From Prochlorococcus marinus subsp. pastoris str. CCMP1986 (GTDB lineage Bacteria; Cyanobacteriota; Cyanobacteriia; PCC-6307; Cyanobiaceae), in the NCBI RefSeq assembly GCF_000011465.1, contig NC_005072.1:120001-152000 (forward strand): a stretch of DNA of 32,000 nucleotides. The letters run 5' to 3'. Within the stretch, counting starts at the first letter, position 1. Each line of letters starts with the position of its first letter. Positions 17,554 through 28,683 of the stretch are shown here, piece after piece. The notes under the pieces were generated by a model. That model had not been told where the DNA came from. It saw only the letters and a program-made list of their open reading frames with translations, and ran no database searches. A program made the position numbers and the translations under genes.

Positions 17554-17805
17554 TTAAATAGGTAACTCTAAACCTGGCCTACATTTAGACCACTTACCAG
17601 ATTCTTCTGAAAAACTTGAACAAGATTGTACATCCCAGTCAATTTTAGAATCGCCATTTAAATCTTTGATTATACTTACGTGAATGTAAGGTTTTATTGG
17701 TTTAAAATTAGGAATATCACAAATATGCTCAACACCATGATTTTTTTCGACATCATGATAGGTCATACATCTATCAACTAATTTACAGTTAATGCAAATG
17801 CACAT
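17554..17805 (-). CDS. ycf34: Ycf34 (small iron-sulfur protein)
   Basis: The MCICINCKLVDRCMTYHDVEKNHG cysteine pattern is typical of Ycf34. I take the ATG at 17805 rather than the TTG at 17811. Confidence 0.85.
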   Translation of the reverse strand: MCICINCKLVDRCMTYHDVEKNHGVEHICDIPNFKPIKPYIHVSIIKDLNGDSKIDWDVQSCSSFSEESGKWSKCRPGLELPI

Positions 17806-19039
17806 AATCAAGAAAGAAGATCTTAAAAATCATATTTTCATTGATCATACACTAATAATTAATGAAATAGAAAGAAGTATAAAATCTTATAATTGGGATT
17901 TTATTTTATCTTCTTTACCTTCTGGATCTTTTTTAGTAGGTGGATATATAAGAGATTTAATTTTAGGAAGATTAAATTCTGTAATTGATGTTGATATTTT
18001 AGTTCCAAAAAATGCAATTAATGTTGGTAAGAAAATTGCAGATAAATTTGAAGGTAAATTTATTATTCTTGATGAGGCAAGAGATGTAGTAAGAATTATT
18101 TTTAAACATATCTCAATTGATATCGCTTCTCAAATTTCTCCTTCTATTGATATTGATTTATTAAGTCGAGATTTTTCTATTAATGCTATTGCTTTTTCTT
18201 TTGAAGAAAAACTTCTCATTGATCCATCAAATGGAATTAAAGATCTACAACTTGCTTTTTTGAGAACTAATTCAAAGCAGAACTTATTGGATGATCCATT
18301 AAGAATCTTAAGATGCTTTCGTTTTATTTCTGAATTAGATTTTAATGTTGATGTAACTTTAATAGATTTTATTAAAACTTATAAAAATCAATTAAGACTT
18401 GTTGCTAATGAAAGAATTAATTATGAAATACAGCGAATAATAAGGGGGGGGAAAGCATCGCAGGCGATAATCTTAATAAATAAATTTAAAATTTTTGATT
18501 ATATACAGTCAGAAAAAAATTTGATATTTCTTGATTTAGAAAAAATTAATTTTGAAGAATTTAATAAATTTGAAAAGGAAAAATTTTTACCATTATTTTA
18601 TCTTGTTCAAATTTTAGACGAATTTTCTTTGAAAAATTTAAAATTTAGCAAATCTGAAATTTCAAAAATTAGGCTATTAAGAAAATGGAATCTTTTATTG
18701 AAGGTGCAAAATATTTATGAATTTAATGAGAAAGAAAGATTTGATTTACATCAGGAATTAGAAACTATTCTTCCATCTTTTATTCTTTTTTTGCCAAAAT
18801 CATTTTATGTAAATTGGCTCGCTAGATGGCGAGATAAAGATGATAAATTATTTCATCCGTCGAATTTAATAAAAGGGAACGTTTTAAAAAAATATTTAAA
18901 AATCCAAGATGGACCTATTTTAGGAAAGGTCATTAATTATCTTTCTATGGAGCTTGCATATAATAGATTGAATAATTTTGATGAAGCTATATATAAAGGA
19001 AAGCAATGGATTCAACAAAATGCGCCAAAATGTGATTAA
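17792..19039 (+). CDS. tRNA nucleotidyltransferase / poly(A) polymerase family (CCA-adding enzyme)
   Basis: Head-domain motifs GGYIRDLILGR...DVDILV and SRDFSINA, then LLDDPLRILRCFRF. Confidence 0.8.
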   Translation: MQMHIIKKEDLKNHIFIDHTLIINEIERSIKSYNWDFILSSLPSGSFLVGGYIRDLILGRLNSVIDVDILVPKNAINVGKKIADKFEGKFIILDEARDVVRIIFKHISIDIASQISPSIDIDLLSRDFSINAIAFSFEEKLLIDPSNGIKDLQLAFLRTNSKQNLLDDPLRILRCFRFISELDFNVDVTLIDFIKTYKNQLRLVANERINYEIQRIIRGGKASQAIILINKFKIFDYIQSEKNLIFLDLEKINFEEFNKFEKEKFLPLFYLVQILDEFSLKNLKFSKSEISKIRLLRKWNLLLKVQNIYEFNEKERFDLHQELETILPSFILFLPKSFYVNWLARWRDKDDKLFHPSNLIKGNVLKKYLKIQDGPILGKVINYLSMELAYNRLNNFDEAIYKGKQWIQQNAPKCD

Positions 19040-19097
19040 ATACACATAGCTTAGTTTTTGTTTAAAGTTCAGACTTCAAATTATTTTCTAAAAATTT

Positions 19098-19517
19098 ATG
19101 AGCATTCGTATTTACATTGGCAATTTACCACAAGTATTTAATCCAAAAGAATTTGATAGTTTTTTAAAATCAGTAACTGATTCTATTAGATTTAAAGCTG
19201 TTTTAGATAAAGAAACAAAAGAATGTAGAGGATTTGGTTTTGCTACAACAAATAATGAACAAAATGCAAATTTAATAATCGAAAAGCTTAATGGTTTTGA
19301 ATTTAATGGCTCCAAATTGAGAGTTGAACTTTCAGAAAAGAAAGATTCTTCCTCACACAAGAGAAATAGTTTGGGCTCTAATAAAAATAAAAAGAGGAAA
19401 GATTTTAAGAAGATTGTTCATAGTGATGCCCCTAATCTTGAAGCCCCAGATCCAAGATGGGCTGGCGAACTTTCAAAATTAAAAGATTTGTTAGCTAATC
19501 AGAAAGCCCCTGCTTAG
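19098..19517 (+). CDS. RRM-type RNA-binding protein with a basic tail and a PDPRWA motif (Rbp3-like class)
   Basis: RNP2 IYIGNL and RNP1 RGFGFAT. No Gly-rich tail; instead K/S-rich, then APDPRWAGELSKLK. Confidence 0.88.
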   Translation: MSIRIYIGNLPQVFNPKEFDSFLKSVTDSIRFKAVLDKETKECRGFGFATTNNEQNANLIIEKLNGFEFNGSKLRVELSEKKDSSSHKRNSLGSNKNKKRKDFKKIVHSDAPNLEAPDPRWAGELSKLKDLLANQKAPA

Positions 19518-20426
19518 CTATTTGATCCTTGAGATCAAATAAGATATTGGTATTTCAAACGCTTTTACTGAATTCTTTACATAAGCTCTATTATTAAATA
19601 CATCATAATCTAATCTTTCAATAGAATCTAATATTCCTCTGTAAAGGCGTAAAGATGTCCAGACAGGCCATCTTGCATCTGCGGATAACCACTTAATACC
19701 ATCTTCAGATTTTTTAAACCAATCCCGAGCTCTTATTAATTGGAAATTCATAAGCATTTTCCACTGATTATTTATTACTCCTTTTAATAACTCTTCTTCA
19801 GAATAATTAAATTTATTCATGTCATCTTGGGGTAAATATATTCGACCTCTTTGTCTATCTTCTCCAACATCTCTTAAAATGTTGGTAAGTTGATTTGCTA
19901 TTCCTAGAGCTATTGCTGATTCTGATGAGTCAGGCATGTTGCTCCAGGGGGCTGATGTATAAGCACTGTCTATGCCCATTACATTCTGAGTCATTAATCC
20001 CACTGTCCCTGCGACGCGATAACAGTAAAGCTGTAATTCAGAAAAACTTTTGTATCTAAATTTTTCAAGATCCATTCTCTGCCCCTCAATCATATCTAAA
20101 TATGGTTCTATATTCTGTGGAAATTTTTCTATAGTATCGAAAAGAACAGCATCTAATTCTGTTTGTATTTTTCCTTTGAAAACATTTCTTGTGTTTTCTT
20201 CCCATTCATTTAAATTATCGGAAAGTTCTTCAGTTGTCTTGGTTGAAGCTTCAATACTATCCATTATTTCATCAGTTCTCCTGCACCAAACGTAAATCGC
20301 CCAAATCGCTTTTCTTTTTTCGTACGGTAATAAAAGTGTTCCTAAATAAAAAGTTTTAGCCCATTTTTGAGTTTCTTTTTGGCATATTTCATATGCTTTA
20401 TTAAGTTGGGATAATGAATTTTTCAA
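19518..20426 (-). CDS. crtB: phytoene synthase
   Basis: Squalene/phytoene synthase signatures YVWCRRTDEIMD and ILRDVGEDRQRGRIYLP. Immediately downstream of pds. Confidence 0.93.
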   Translation of the reverse strand: MKNSLSQLNKAYEICQKETQKWAKTFYLGTLLLPYEKRKAIWAIYVWCRRTDEIMDSIEASTKTTEELSDNLNEWEENTRNVFKGKIQTELDAVLFDTIEKFPQNIEPYLDMIEGQRMDLEKFRYKSFSELQLYCYRVAGTVGLMTQNVMGIDSAYTSAPWSNMPDSSESAIALGIANQLTNILRDVGEDRQRGRIYLPQDDMNKFNYSEEELLKGVINNQWKMLMNFQLIRARDWFKKSEDGIKWLSADARWPVWTSLRLYRGILDSIERLDYDVFNNRAYVKNSVKAFEIPISYLISRIK

Positions 20427-20445
20427 AAAAATTTTTTTTTGAGGT

Positions 20446-21909
<1,464 letters not shown>

Positions 21910-21957
21910 CTAAAGTTAAGACATAAATGTTTTTTTTGTTGATTATTTTTCAGAATT

Positions 21958-22305
21958 ATGGAAAAAATGCTTTTAAAGTCAACCACTAGGCATGTAAGAA
22001 TTTTTACTGCTGATGTGATTAATAACGATTTAGTATTCCATCCTAATAAATTAACTCTCGACTTAGATCCTGATAATGAATTCATTTGGAATGAAGACTC
22101 CTTAAAAAAAGTAAATCAAAGATTTACTGAACTTGTTCAAGAAAGAGCCGGAAAAAGTTTAGATGACTATGAACTTCGTAAAATAGGATCAGAAATTGAA
22201 GGTTTAATCAAATATTTGCTTCAAAATGGATTACTAAGCTATAACCCCGAATGTAGAGTCATGAATTATTCAATGGGTTTACCTAAGACTAAAGAAGTAC
22301 TGTGA
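21958..22305 (+). CDS. ndhM: NDH-1 subunit M
   Basis: [14 protein letters not shown]...[15 protein letters not shown] matches NdhM. 115 aa. Confidence 0.88.
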   Translation: MEKMLLKSTTRHVRIFTADVINNDLVFHPNKLTLDLDPDNEFIWNEDSLKKVNQRFTELVQERAGKSLDDYELRKIGSEIEGLIKYLLQNGLLSYNPECRVMNYSMGLPKTKEVL

Positions 22306-22919
22306 ATAAATATCCTAATAGAGGTCCAAGAAGAGACCCTGGCAAAAATTCCTACTCCTCAAGGGATCGCGATAACTATATACAGCGGGATAGACGTATA
22401 TCACCTTCTAACTCTGGACAAAAAAATAATTTCAGCACCGGAACGATTGCTGTACTTGCTGGCGTTTTGATACTAGGGGTAGGTATAGGGAGCGCCATTA
22501 CCAGTACAACAGATGGAGGGCAAGGTAATATAGCTAGTCAACAGCAATTAGATATGGCCGTTCCAGACCCTGAATTTTGTAGGCAATGGGGAGCAAGTGC
22601 TTTTGTGATTGATGTAGAAATGTATACAACACTTAATCCTTCAACTAGTTTCGTAACACAACCGGCACTGCAACCTGGCTGCGTTATTCGAAGGGAAAAT
22701 TGGACAGTGTTACAAAAACAAGGAGCTATAAGTAATGAGGATGTTAGAGAATGTAAGCAAAGAATGAATACTTTTGCTTACATAGGTTCAATAAGAGATA
22801 AGCCTATTGTTAAGTGTGTGTATCAGACTGATGTAAATGAGAACAAATTCATTATCAAAGGAGATGGACAAGCTGAAGATGGAGGGGTGGGAATCAATAA
22901 GGAAGCTATTCAATTTTAG
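22302..22919 (+). CDS. conserved hypothetical membrane-anchored protein (DUF3172-like), GTG start
   Basis: GTG overlaps the ndhM TGA (GTGA). Basic disordered N-terminus, one TM helix ([18 protein letters not shown]), Cys-containing C-terminal domain. Confidence 0.6.
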   Translation: MNKYPNRGPRRDPGKNSYSSRDRDNYIQRDRRISPSNSGQKNNFSTGTIAVLAGVLILGVGIGSAITSTTDGGQGNIASQQQLDMAVPDPEFCRQWGASAFVIDVEMYTTLNPSTSFVTQPALQPGCVIRRENWTVLQKQGAISNEDVRECKQRMNTFAYIGSIRDKPIVKCVYQTDVNENKFIIKGDGQAEDGGVGINKEAIQF

Positions 22920-23869
22920 ATTGAGTTAACTTGCCTTAATGGGCTCTCAGAGCTTGCAAATTGAGGCAATATATATTTTTTAAAAACTTCTGATGCTCTA
23001 GATGTGTATCTTGATGGATTTGTAATTAATTTTAACTCCCTTTTTACCTCTAAATCAGCTAGGTGGGGTTTGTGAATTGACCCACCTGTTAATTCTCTCT
23101 CAATAGAAACAACAGGTAAAAAAGAAACACCAAGACCAGATTGAACTGCATTTTTAATTGCTTCAAGAGAATTTAACTCCATTTCTATTTTTAATCTTTG
23201 AATATCAAGACCAGAATCCTTTAAAAGTTTATCAACAACTTTTCTGGTTGTTGATTGAGAATCTAATGTGACGAAATTTAGTTTGTATAAATCTTCTTTC
23301 ATCAATTCTTTCTTGTTTGCAAGTGGGTGTTTTGGTGGTAATACAAGAGCTAATTCATCAGTTGCATATGGAATTACTTGTAACAAGTTTTCTAGATCGC
23401 TTGGTAATTGACCTCCAATTATTGCTAAATCAATTTGACCATTAGCAACGCTCCAACCTGTTCTTCTAGTACTGTGAACTTGTAGTTGGACAGATACATC
23501 AGGATATTTTTGACGAAAAAGCCCTATCATTCTTGGCATTAAGTAGGTACCGGTAGTTTGACTAGCTCCAATTATGAGTGTTCCGCCTTTTAAACTATTT
23601 AAGTCTTCAATAGCTTTGCAAGCCTCATCACATTGATTAAGTATTCTTTCGCAATATTCAAGTAAAAGCTTACCTCCTTCCGTTAAAAGTGCTTTTCTAC
23701 CACCTCTATCAAAAATTGTTATTTCAAGTTGTTTTTCTAAATTTTGAATTTGCAAACTGACAGCTGGTTGAGTCACATAAAGTAAATCAGCAGCCTTTTT
23801 AAAACTTCCTTGAGCTGCAATAGCTTTTAATATTCTTAATTGGTCAAGAGTAAACGGTAATTCTGGCAT
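22916..23869 (-). CDS. rbcR: LysR-type transcriptional regulator RbcR/Ycf30
   Basis: [43 protein letters not shown] and a LysR substrate-binding domain. 317 aa. Confidence 0.88.
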   Translation of the reverse strand: MPELPFTLDQLRILKAIAAQGSFKKAADLLYVTQPAVSLQIQNLEKQLEITIFDRGGRKALLTEGGKLLLEYCERILNQCDEACKAIEDLNSLKGGTLIIGASQTTGTYLMPRMIGLFRQKYPDVSVQLQVHSTRRTGWSVANGQIDLAIIGGQLPSDLENLLQVIPYATDELALVLPPKHPLANKKELMKEDLYKLNFVTLDSQSTTRKVVDKLLKDSGLDIQRLKIEMELNSLEAIKNAVQSGLGVSFLPVVSIERELTGGSIHKPHLADLEVKRELKLITNPSRYTSRASEVFKKYILPQFASSESPLRQVNSI

Positions 23870-23900
23870 TATTTTTATGCCTACAATTTAACTTTAATTC

Positions 23901-23918
23901 TAATACCTAAGGGTATTA
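23901..23918. promoter_or_regulatory. inverted repeat TAATACC-N4-GGTATTA in the rbcR / nnrU divergent intergenic region (candidate LysR operator)
   Basis: Perfect 7-4-7 inverted repeat, 32 nt from the rbcR start and 36 nt from the nnrU start. Confidence 0.3.
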
Positions 23919-23953
23919 TTGTTAATGATGAAAAACTTGTATTTTGAAATTAT

Positions 23954-24682
23954 ATGGAGACTCACAAAACTTCGTTATTGATTTTGGGATTAATATTAAT
24001 TTTTGCTGTTATACATAGTGGAGGTGCTGCTTTAAGAAGTAGAGCAGAGGCTTTTATGGGAGCAAGATTATGGAGATTGCTTTTTGTTTCTTTGAGTTTG
24101 CCATCTGCACTGATTTTAATCAGTTATTTCTTAGCTCATAGATACGATGGAATTAGATTATGGAATTTTCAGGGTAATCATTATGTATTTTTGTTGGTTT
24201 GGATTTTAACTGCTATCAGTTTCTTATTTTTATATCCTGCAACATATAATTTATTAGAAATTCCTTCAGTTTTAAAACCTCAAGTTAGGATATATGGCAC
24301 TGGAATAATGAGAATAACAAGACATCCGCAAGCATTTGGCCAAATTATATGGTGTTTAGCTCATACATTATGGATTGGGACATCTTTTACATTCATAACT
24401 TCGATAGGGCTAATTTTGCATCATCTTTTTGCAATATGGCATGGTGATAAAAGATTAGAAATTAAATTTGGTGAAGAATTTTATAAGTACAAAGAAAGTA
24501 CCTCAATAATCCCATTTGTCGCAATATTTGATGGAAGACAGCAAATTAAACTAAAAGAATTTTTTAAATTATCACAAATTGGGATATTAATAGCCATTGC
24601 AATAATCTGGTGGTCTCACAAATATATAAATATTGCTGTTACAACATTTAATTCATCTTTTATGTCTAAAATTTTCAATTAG
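23954..24682 (+). CDS. NnrU-family integral membrane protein (Z-ISO-related family)
   Basis: Multi-pass membrane protein with RITRHPQAFGQIIWCLAHTLW and HHLFAIWHGDKR blocks typical of NnrU-like proteins. Confidence 0.7.
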   Translation: METHKTSLLILGLILIFAVIHSGGAALRSRAEAFMGARLWRLLFVSLSLPSALILISYFLAHRYDGIRLWNFQGNHYVFLLVWILTAISFLFLYPATYNLLEIPSVLKPQVRIYGTGIMRITRHPQAFGQIIWCLAHTLWIGTSFTFITSIGLILHHLFAIWHGDKRLEIKFGEEFYKYKESTSIIPFVAIFDGRQQIKLKEFFKLSQIGILIAIAIIWWSHKYINIAVTTFNSSFMSKIFN

Positions 24683-24715
24683 CAGTTTAGTATTAATGTA
24701 TTAATCTTATTAAAT

Positions 24716-26728
24716 ATGCCTCAAGCTTCAGAAATTGCCTGGTTGATTCCTGTCTTTCCACTTATTGGAGCGGTGTTTTCTGGTTTGGGTTTAATATGTG
24801 CGAATAAAAAAATCAATAATTCTAGAGAAATTGTATCTATCAGCCTTTTGTCATTCGTTGGTGTTTCTGCGGTAATCAGTTATAAAACATTAATTGAGCA
24901 AATCAATGGTTACCAATCAGTAGAAAAATTATTTGTTTGGGCAAGTGCTGGTGATTTCACAATCCCAATGGGATTTGTTCTCGACCCATTAGGGAGCGTA
25001 ATGCTCACATTGGTAACCACTATTACTTTATTAGTCATGATTTACTCTCATGGTTATATGGCTCATGACAAAGGTTACGTAAGATTTTTTACATATTTAG
25101 CACTTTTCAGCAGTTCGATGATGGGATTAATTATTAGCCCAAACTTATTAGAAATATACGTTTTTTGGGAATTAGTAGGAATGTGTTCATACTTATTAGT
25201 TGGTTTCTGGTACGACAGAGATGGTGCAGCAAATGCTGCTCAAAAAGCTTTTGTCGTCAATAGAGTTGGAGATTTTGGCTTATTACTCGGAATTTTGGGT
25301 TTATTTTGGGCTACAAAAAGCTTTGATTTTAATGAAATTGCAGTAGGAGTATCACAGTCAGTTTCAGAGAATTCATTGCCAGTCTGGGCTGCATTATTAC
25401 TTTGTTTTTTAGTCTTCTTAGGACCTATGGCAAAATCTGCTCAATTTCCTCTTCATGTATGGCTTCCAGACGCTATGGAAGGACCAACCCCTATTTCAGC
25501 TCTTATTCATGCAGCGACGATGGTTGCTGCTGGAATATTCTTAGTAGCAAGGCTCCAACCTCTATACTCTTTATTCCCTTCAATTCAATTTATTATTGCT
25601 TTAGTTGGTACTATTACATGTTTCTTAGGAGCGTCTATAGCCTTAACCCAGATGGATCTCAAAAAAGGTTTGGCATATAGTACGGTTTCTCAGCTCGGGT
25701 ATATGATGCTTGCGATGGGTTGTGGTGCTCCCGTAGCAGGGATTTTTCACTTGATAACACATGCTTGTTTCAAAGCAATGTTGTTTTTAGGGTCTGGCTC
25801 CGTTATTCATGCCATGGAGGAAGTTGTTGGTCATCAACCTGTACTTGCTCAAGATATGAGGTTGATGGGAGGTTTAAGAAAAAAAATGCCCTTTACTTCT
25901 ACGACTTTCTTAATAGGTTGCGTAGCAATAAGTGGTATTCCTCCATTAGCTGGATTTTGGAGTAAAGATGAAATATTGGGAAACGCCTTTATCTCATTTC
26001 CAGCTTTTTGGTTTGTGGGTTTTTTAACAGCTGGAATGACCGCCTTTTATATGTTTAGACTTTATTTTTTAACTTTTGAAGGAGATTTTAGAGGTGAAGA
26101 TAAGGAATTACAAAAAGAACTTTTATTAGCTTCTAAAATTAATGTAGAAGAAGAACATGAAGAAGAACATGGTTCACTCCATGAGTCTCCTTGGTCAATG
26201 ACATTCCCATTGGTTTTTCTAGCAGTACCTTCAGTAATAATTGGGTTTATGGGATTTCCTTGGGATAGTAAATTTGCAAACTTATTAGATCCCGAAGAAG
26301 CATTGATTGCTATACAGTCTTTTGAATTAAAAGAATTTTTGCCTCTAGCTATTGCATCTGTTTTCATTGCCTCAATTGGTATAACTATTGCTTATCAAGC
26401 TTATTTTGCTAAGAAAATAAACTTATCAATATTATTTGCACAAAGATTTCCATCTGTTAATAAGTTCTTATCAAATAAATGGTATTTAGACGATATTAAT
26501 GAAAAACTTTTTGTGAAAGGTAGTAGAAAACTTGCAAAAGAAGTTTTAGAAGTTGATTCCAAAGTTGTAGATGGAGTGGTAAATCTTACTGGACTTGTAA
26601 CATTGGGTAGTGGGGAGGGCTTAAAGTATTTTGAAACAGGCAGAGCTCAATTTTATGCTCTGATAGTTTTTGGAGGAGTAATTTTGTTGGTAGCAATATT
26701 TGGTTTCCAATCTCCCCAAGTAGCTTAA
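24716..26728 (+). CDS. ndhF: NDH-1 subunit 5 (NdhF, NdhF1 type)
   Basis: Antiporter-like subunit blocks LHVWLPDAMEGPTPISALIHAATMV, AYSTVSQLGYM, HAMFKALLF-like HACFKAMLFLGSGSVIH. 670 aa. Confidence 0.95.
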   Translation: MPQASEIAWLIPVFPLIGAVFSGLGLICANKKINNSREIVSISLLSFVGVSAVISYKTLIEQINGYQSVEKLFVWASAGDFTIPMGFVLDPLGSVMLTLVTTITLLVMIYSHGYMAHDKGYVRFFTYLALFSSSMMGLIISPNLLEIYVFWELVGMCSYLLVGFWYDRDGAANAAQKAFVVNRVGDFGLLLGILGLFWATKSFDFNEIAVGVSQSVSENSLPVWAALLLCFLVFLGPMAKSAQFPLHVWLPDAMEGPTPISALIHAATMVAAGIFLVARLQPLYSLFPSIQFIIALVGTITCFLGASIALTQMDLKKGLAYSTVSQLGYMMLAMGCGAPVAGIFHLITHACFKAMLFLGSGSVIHAMEEVVGHQPVLAQDMRLMGGLRKKMPFTSTTFLIGCVAISGIPPLAGFWSKDEILGNAFISFPAFWFVGFLTAGMTAFYMFRLYFLTFEGDFRGEDKELQKELLLASKINVEEEHEEEHGSLHESPWSMTFPLVFLAVPSVIIGFMGFPWDSKFANLLDPEEALIAIQSFELKEFLPLAIASVFIASIGITIAYQAYFAKKINLSILFAQRFPSVNKFLSNKWYLDDINEKLFVKGSRKLAKEVLEVDSKVVDGVVNLTGLVTLGSGEGLKYFETGRAQFYALIVFGGVILLVAIFGFQSPQVA

Positions 26729-26812
26729 TAACAAATGTGTGTCTTCACTGTCCATGGGATGAAAAAATCTAGATAATTTCTAGAATTTGTTTAAGATCAT
26801 TTTCTTATTCAT

Positions 26813-28453
26813 TTGAGCAGCTATTTTTTTACACATTTTGCACTACATACAATAGGAACATTGGGTGGAGTTATACCTGATTTCCCTTGGCTCTCAGTAT
26901 CTATTCTTTTCCCTATTGGATGCGCATTTCTGATACCTTTTTTCCCCGATAAAGGAGAGGGTAAAGAAGTAAGATGGTTCGCTTTAAGTGTTGCTTTAAT
27001 TACTTTTCTAGTAACAGTAGGATCTTACATAAACGGTTTTGATATCAATAATGAAGATGTTCAACTTAAAGAAAGTATAAATTGGCTTCCTAATCTAGGA
27101 CTTACTTGGTCAGTCGGCGCTGATGGAATGTCAATGCCTCTTATATTATTAACTAGTTTTATAACGGCGCTAGCTGTCTTAGCTGCATGGCCTGTAAAGT
27201 TTAAGCCAAAATTATTTTTCTTTTTAATACTTATCATGGATGGAGGACAAATAGCTGTTTTTGCTGTTCAAGATATGCTCCTATTCTTTTTAAGTTGGGA
27301 ACTGGAACTTTTGCCAGTATATTTACTTTTAGCTATCTGGGGAGGAAAAAATAGACAATATGCAGCTACAAAATTCATTATCTATACAGCTGGGAGTTCT
27401 ATCTTTATCCTTTTAGCTGCGTTGGCAATGGGTTTTTATGGAACTGAAGTTCCAAATTTTGAGTTTTCTCATTTGGCTAATCAAGATTTTGGCCAAAACT
27501 TTCAAATCCTTTGTTACATAGGTTTGTTAATTGCTTTTGGTGTAAAACTCCCTATTGTCCCTTTGCATACCTGGCTCCCTGATGCTCACGGAGAGGCTAC
27601 AGCACCTGTTCATATGTTGTTGGCTGGAATTTTATTGAAGATGGGCGGATATGCTCTTTTAAGATTTAATGCACAATTATTACCTATTGCACATGCTCAA
27701 TTCTCTCCACTATTAATAGTTCTTGGAGTAGTCAATATAATATACGCTGCATTAACATCATTTGCACAAAGAAATCTTAAAAGGAAAATTGCTTATAGTT
27801 CAATAAGTCATATGGGGTTTGTCTTAATTGGGATAGGAAGTTTTAGTAGTCTTGGGACAAGTGGAGCGATGTTGCAAATGGTTAGTCATGGACTAATTGG
27901 AGCAAGTTTATTTTTTCTTGTTGGAGCAACTTATGACAGAACGAAGACTCTAAAACTAGATGAAATGGGTGGAGTAGGACAAAAAATGCGTATTATGTTT
28001 GCATTATGGACTGCCTGCTCTCTTGCTTCTCTTGCCTTACCAGGTATGAGTGGATTTGTTTCTGAGTTAATGGTATTTACTGGATTTGTTACGGATGAAG
28101 TTTATACTTTGCCTTTTAGAGTAATAATGGCATCTTTAGCTGCAATAGGGGTGATACTTACTCCAATTTATTTACTGTCAATGTTACGTGAGATTTTCTT
28201 TGGTAAAGAAAATCCAAAGTTAACTGAAGATAAGAATTTAATTGATGCAGAGCCTAGAGAGATATATATTATAGCCTGTTTACTCTTACCAATAATCGGG
28301 ATAGGTTTATATCCAAGGTTAGTTACAGAAAGTTATTTGGCTACAATAAATAACTTGGTTGATAGAGATTTAAATGCTGTTAAAAACATACCAAAGACAA
28401 ATGTTTTTGCAGGAAATAAATCAAATCAAATATTAAAAGCACCAACTATATAA
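26813..28453 (+). CDS. ndhD: NDH-1 subunit 4 (NdhD); start uncertain (TTG 26813 or in-frame TTG 26861)
   Basis: FPWLS N-terminal block, [41 protein letters not shown]. Confidence 0.92.
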   Translation: MSSYFFTHFALHTIGTLGGVIPDFPWLSVSILFPIGCAFLIPFFPDKGEGKEVRWFALSVALITFLVTVGSYINGFDINNEDVQLKESINWLPNLGLTWSVGADGMSMPLILLTSFITALAVLAAWPVKFKPKLFFFLILIMDGGQIAVFAVQDMLLFFLSWELELLPVYLLLAIWGGKNRQYAATKFIIYTAGSSIFILLAALAMGFYGTEVPNFEFSHLANQDFGQNFQILCYIGLLIAFGVKLPIVPLHTWLPDAHGEATAPVHMLLAGILLKMGGYALLRFNAQLLPIAHAQFSPLLIVLGVVNIIYAALTSFAQRNLKRKIAYSSISHMGFVLIGIGSFSSLGTSGAMLQMVSHGLIGASLFFLVGATYDRTKTLKLDEMGGVGQKMRIMFALWTACSLASLALPGMSGFVSELMVFTGFVTDEVYTLPFRVIMASLAAIGVILTPIYLLSMLREIFFGKENPKLTEDKNLIDAEPREIYIIACLLLPIIGIGLYPRLVTESYLATINNLVDRDLNAVKNIPKTNVFAGNKSNQILKAPTI

Positions 28454-28683
28454 TTTTCTTAATAAGTTTATTATTTTTTGGCATAACAATTGATATAAAG
28501 ATATCTTGAGAAAGATTATATTTAATTAAAGTAACTAATTCTCAATCTACTGATGGGTCACAGCTAGGGCCTAGATTACTCATAAAATTCCTTCAAGATG
28601 CAGCTGGAAGGGGTGATCTTGATCCATGGGATATTGATGTTATAGGTGTTATAGATAGTTTTTTAGAGCAGTTTAATCAAAAT

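Noticed and set aside
26729-26812. TCTAGA-TAATT-TCTAGA hairpin between ndhF and ndhD as a terminator or processing site
   Set aside because: The stem is only 6 bp, weak, and has no following T-run. ndhF-ndhD are most simply co-transcribed.
28553-28567. The ATG at 28553 as the scpA start via programmed frameshifting
   Set aside because: That frame stops after four codons and I see no slippery heptamer or stimulatory structure. I kept it only as a possible sequencing or mutational frameshift within the scpA start finding.
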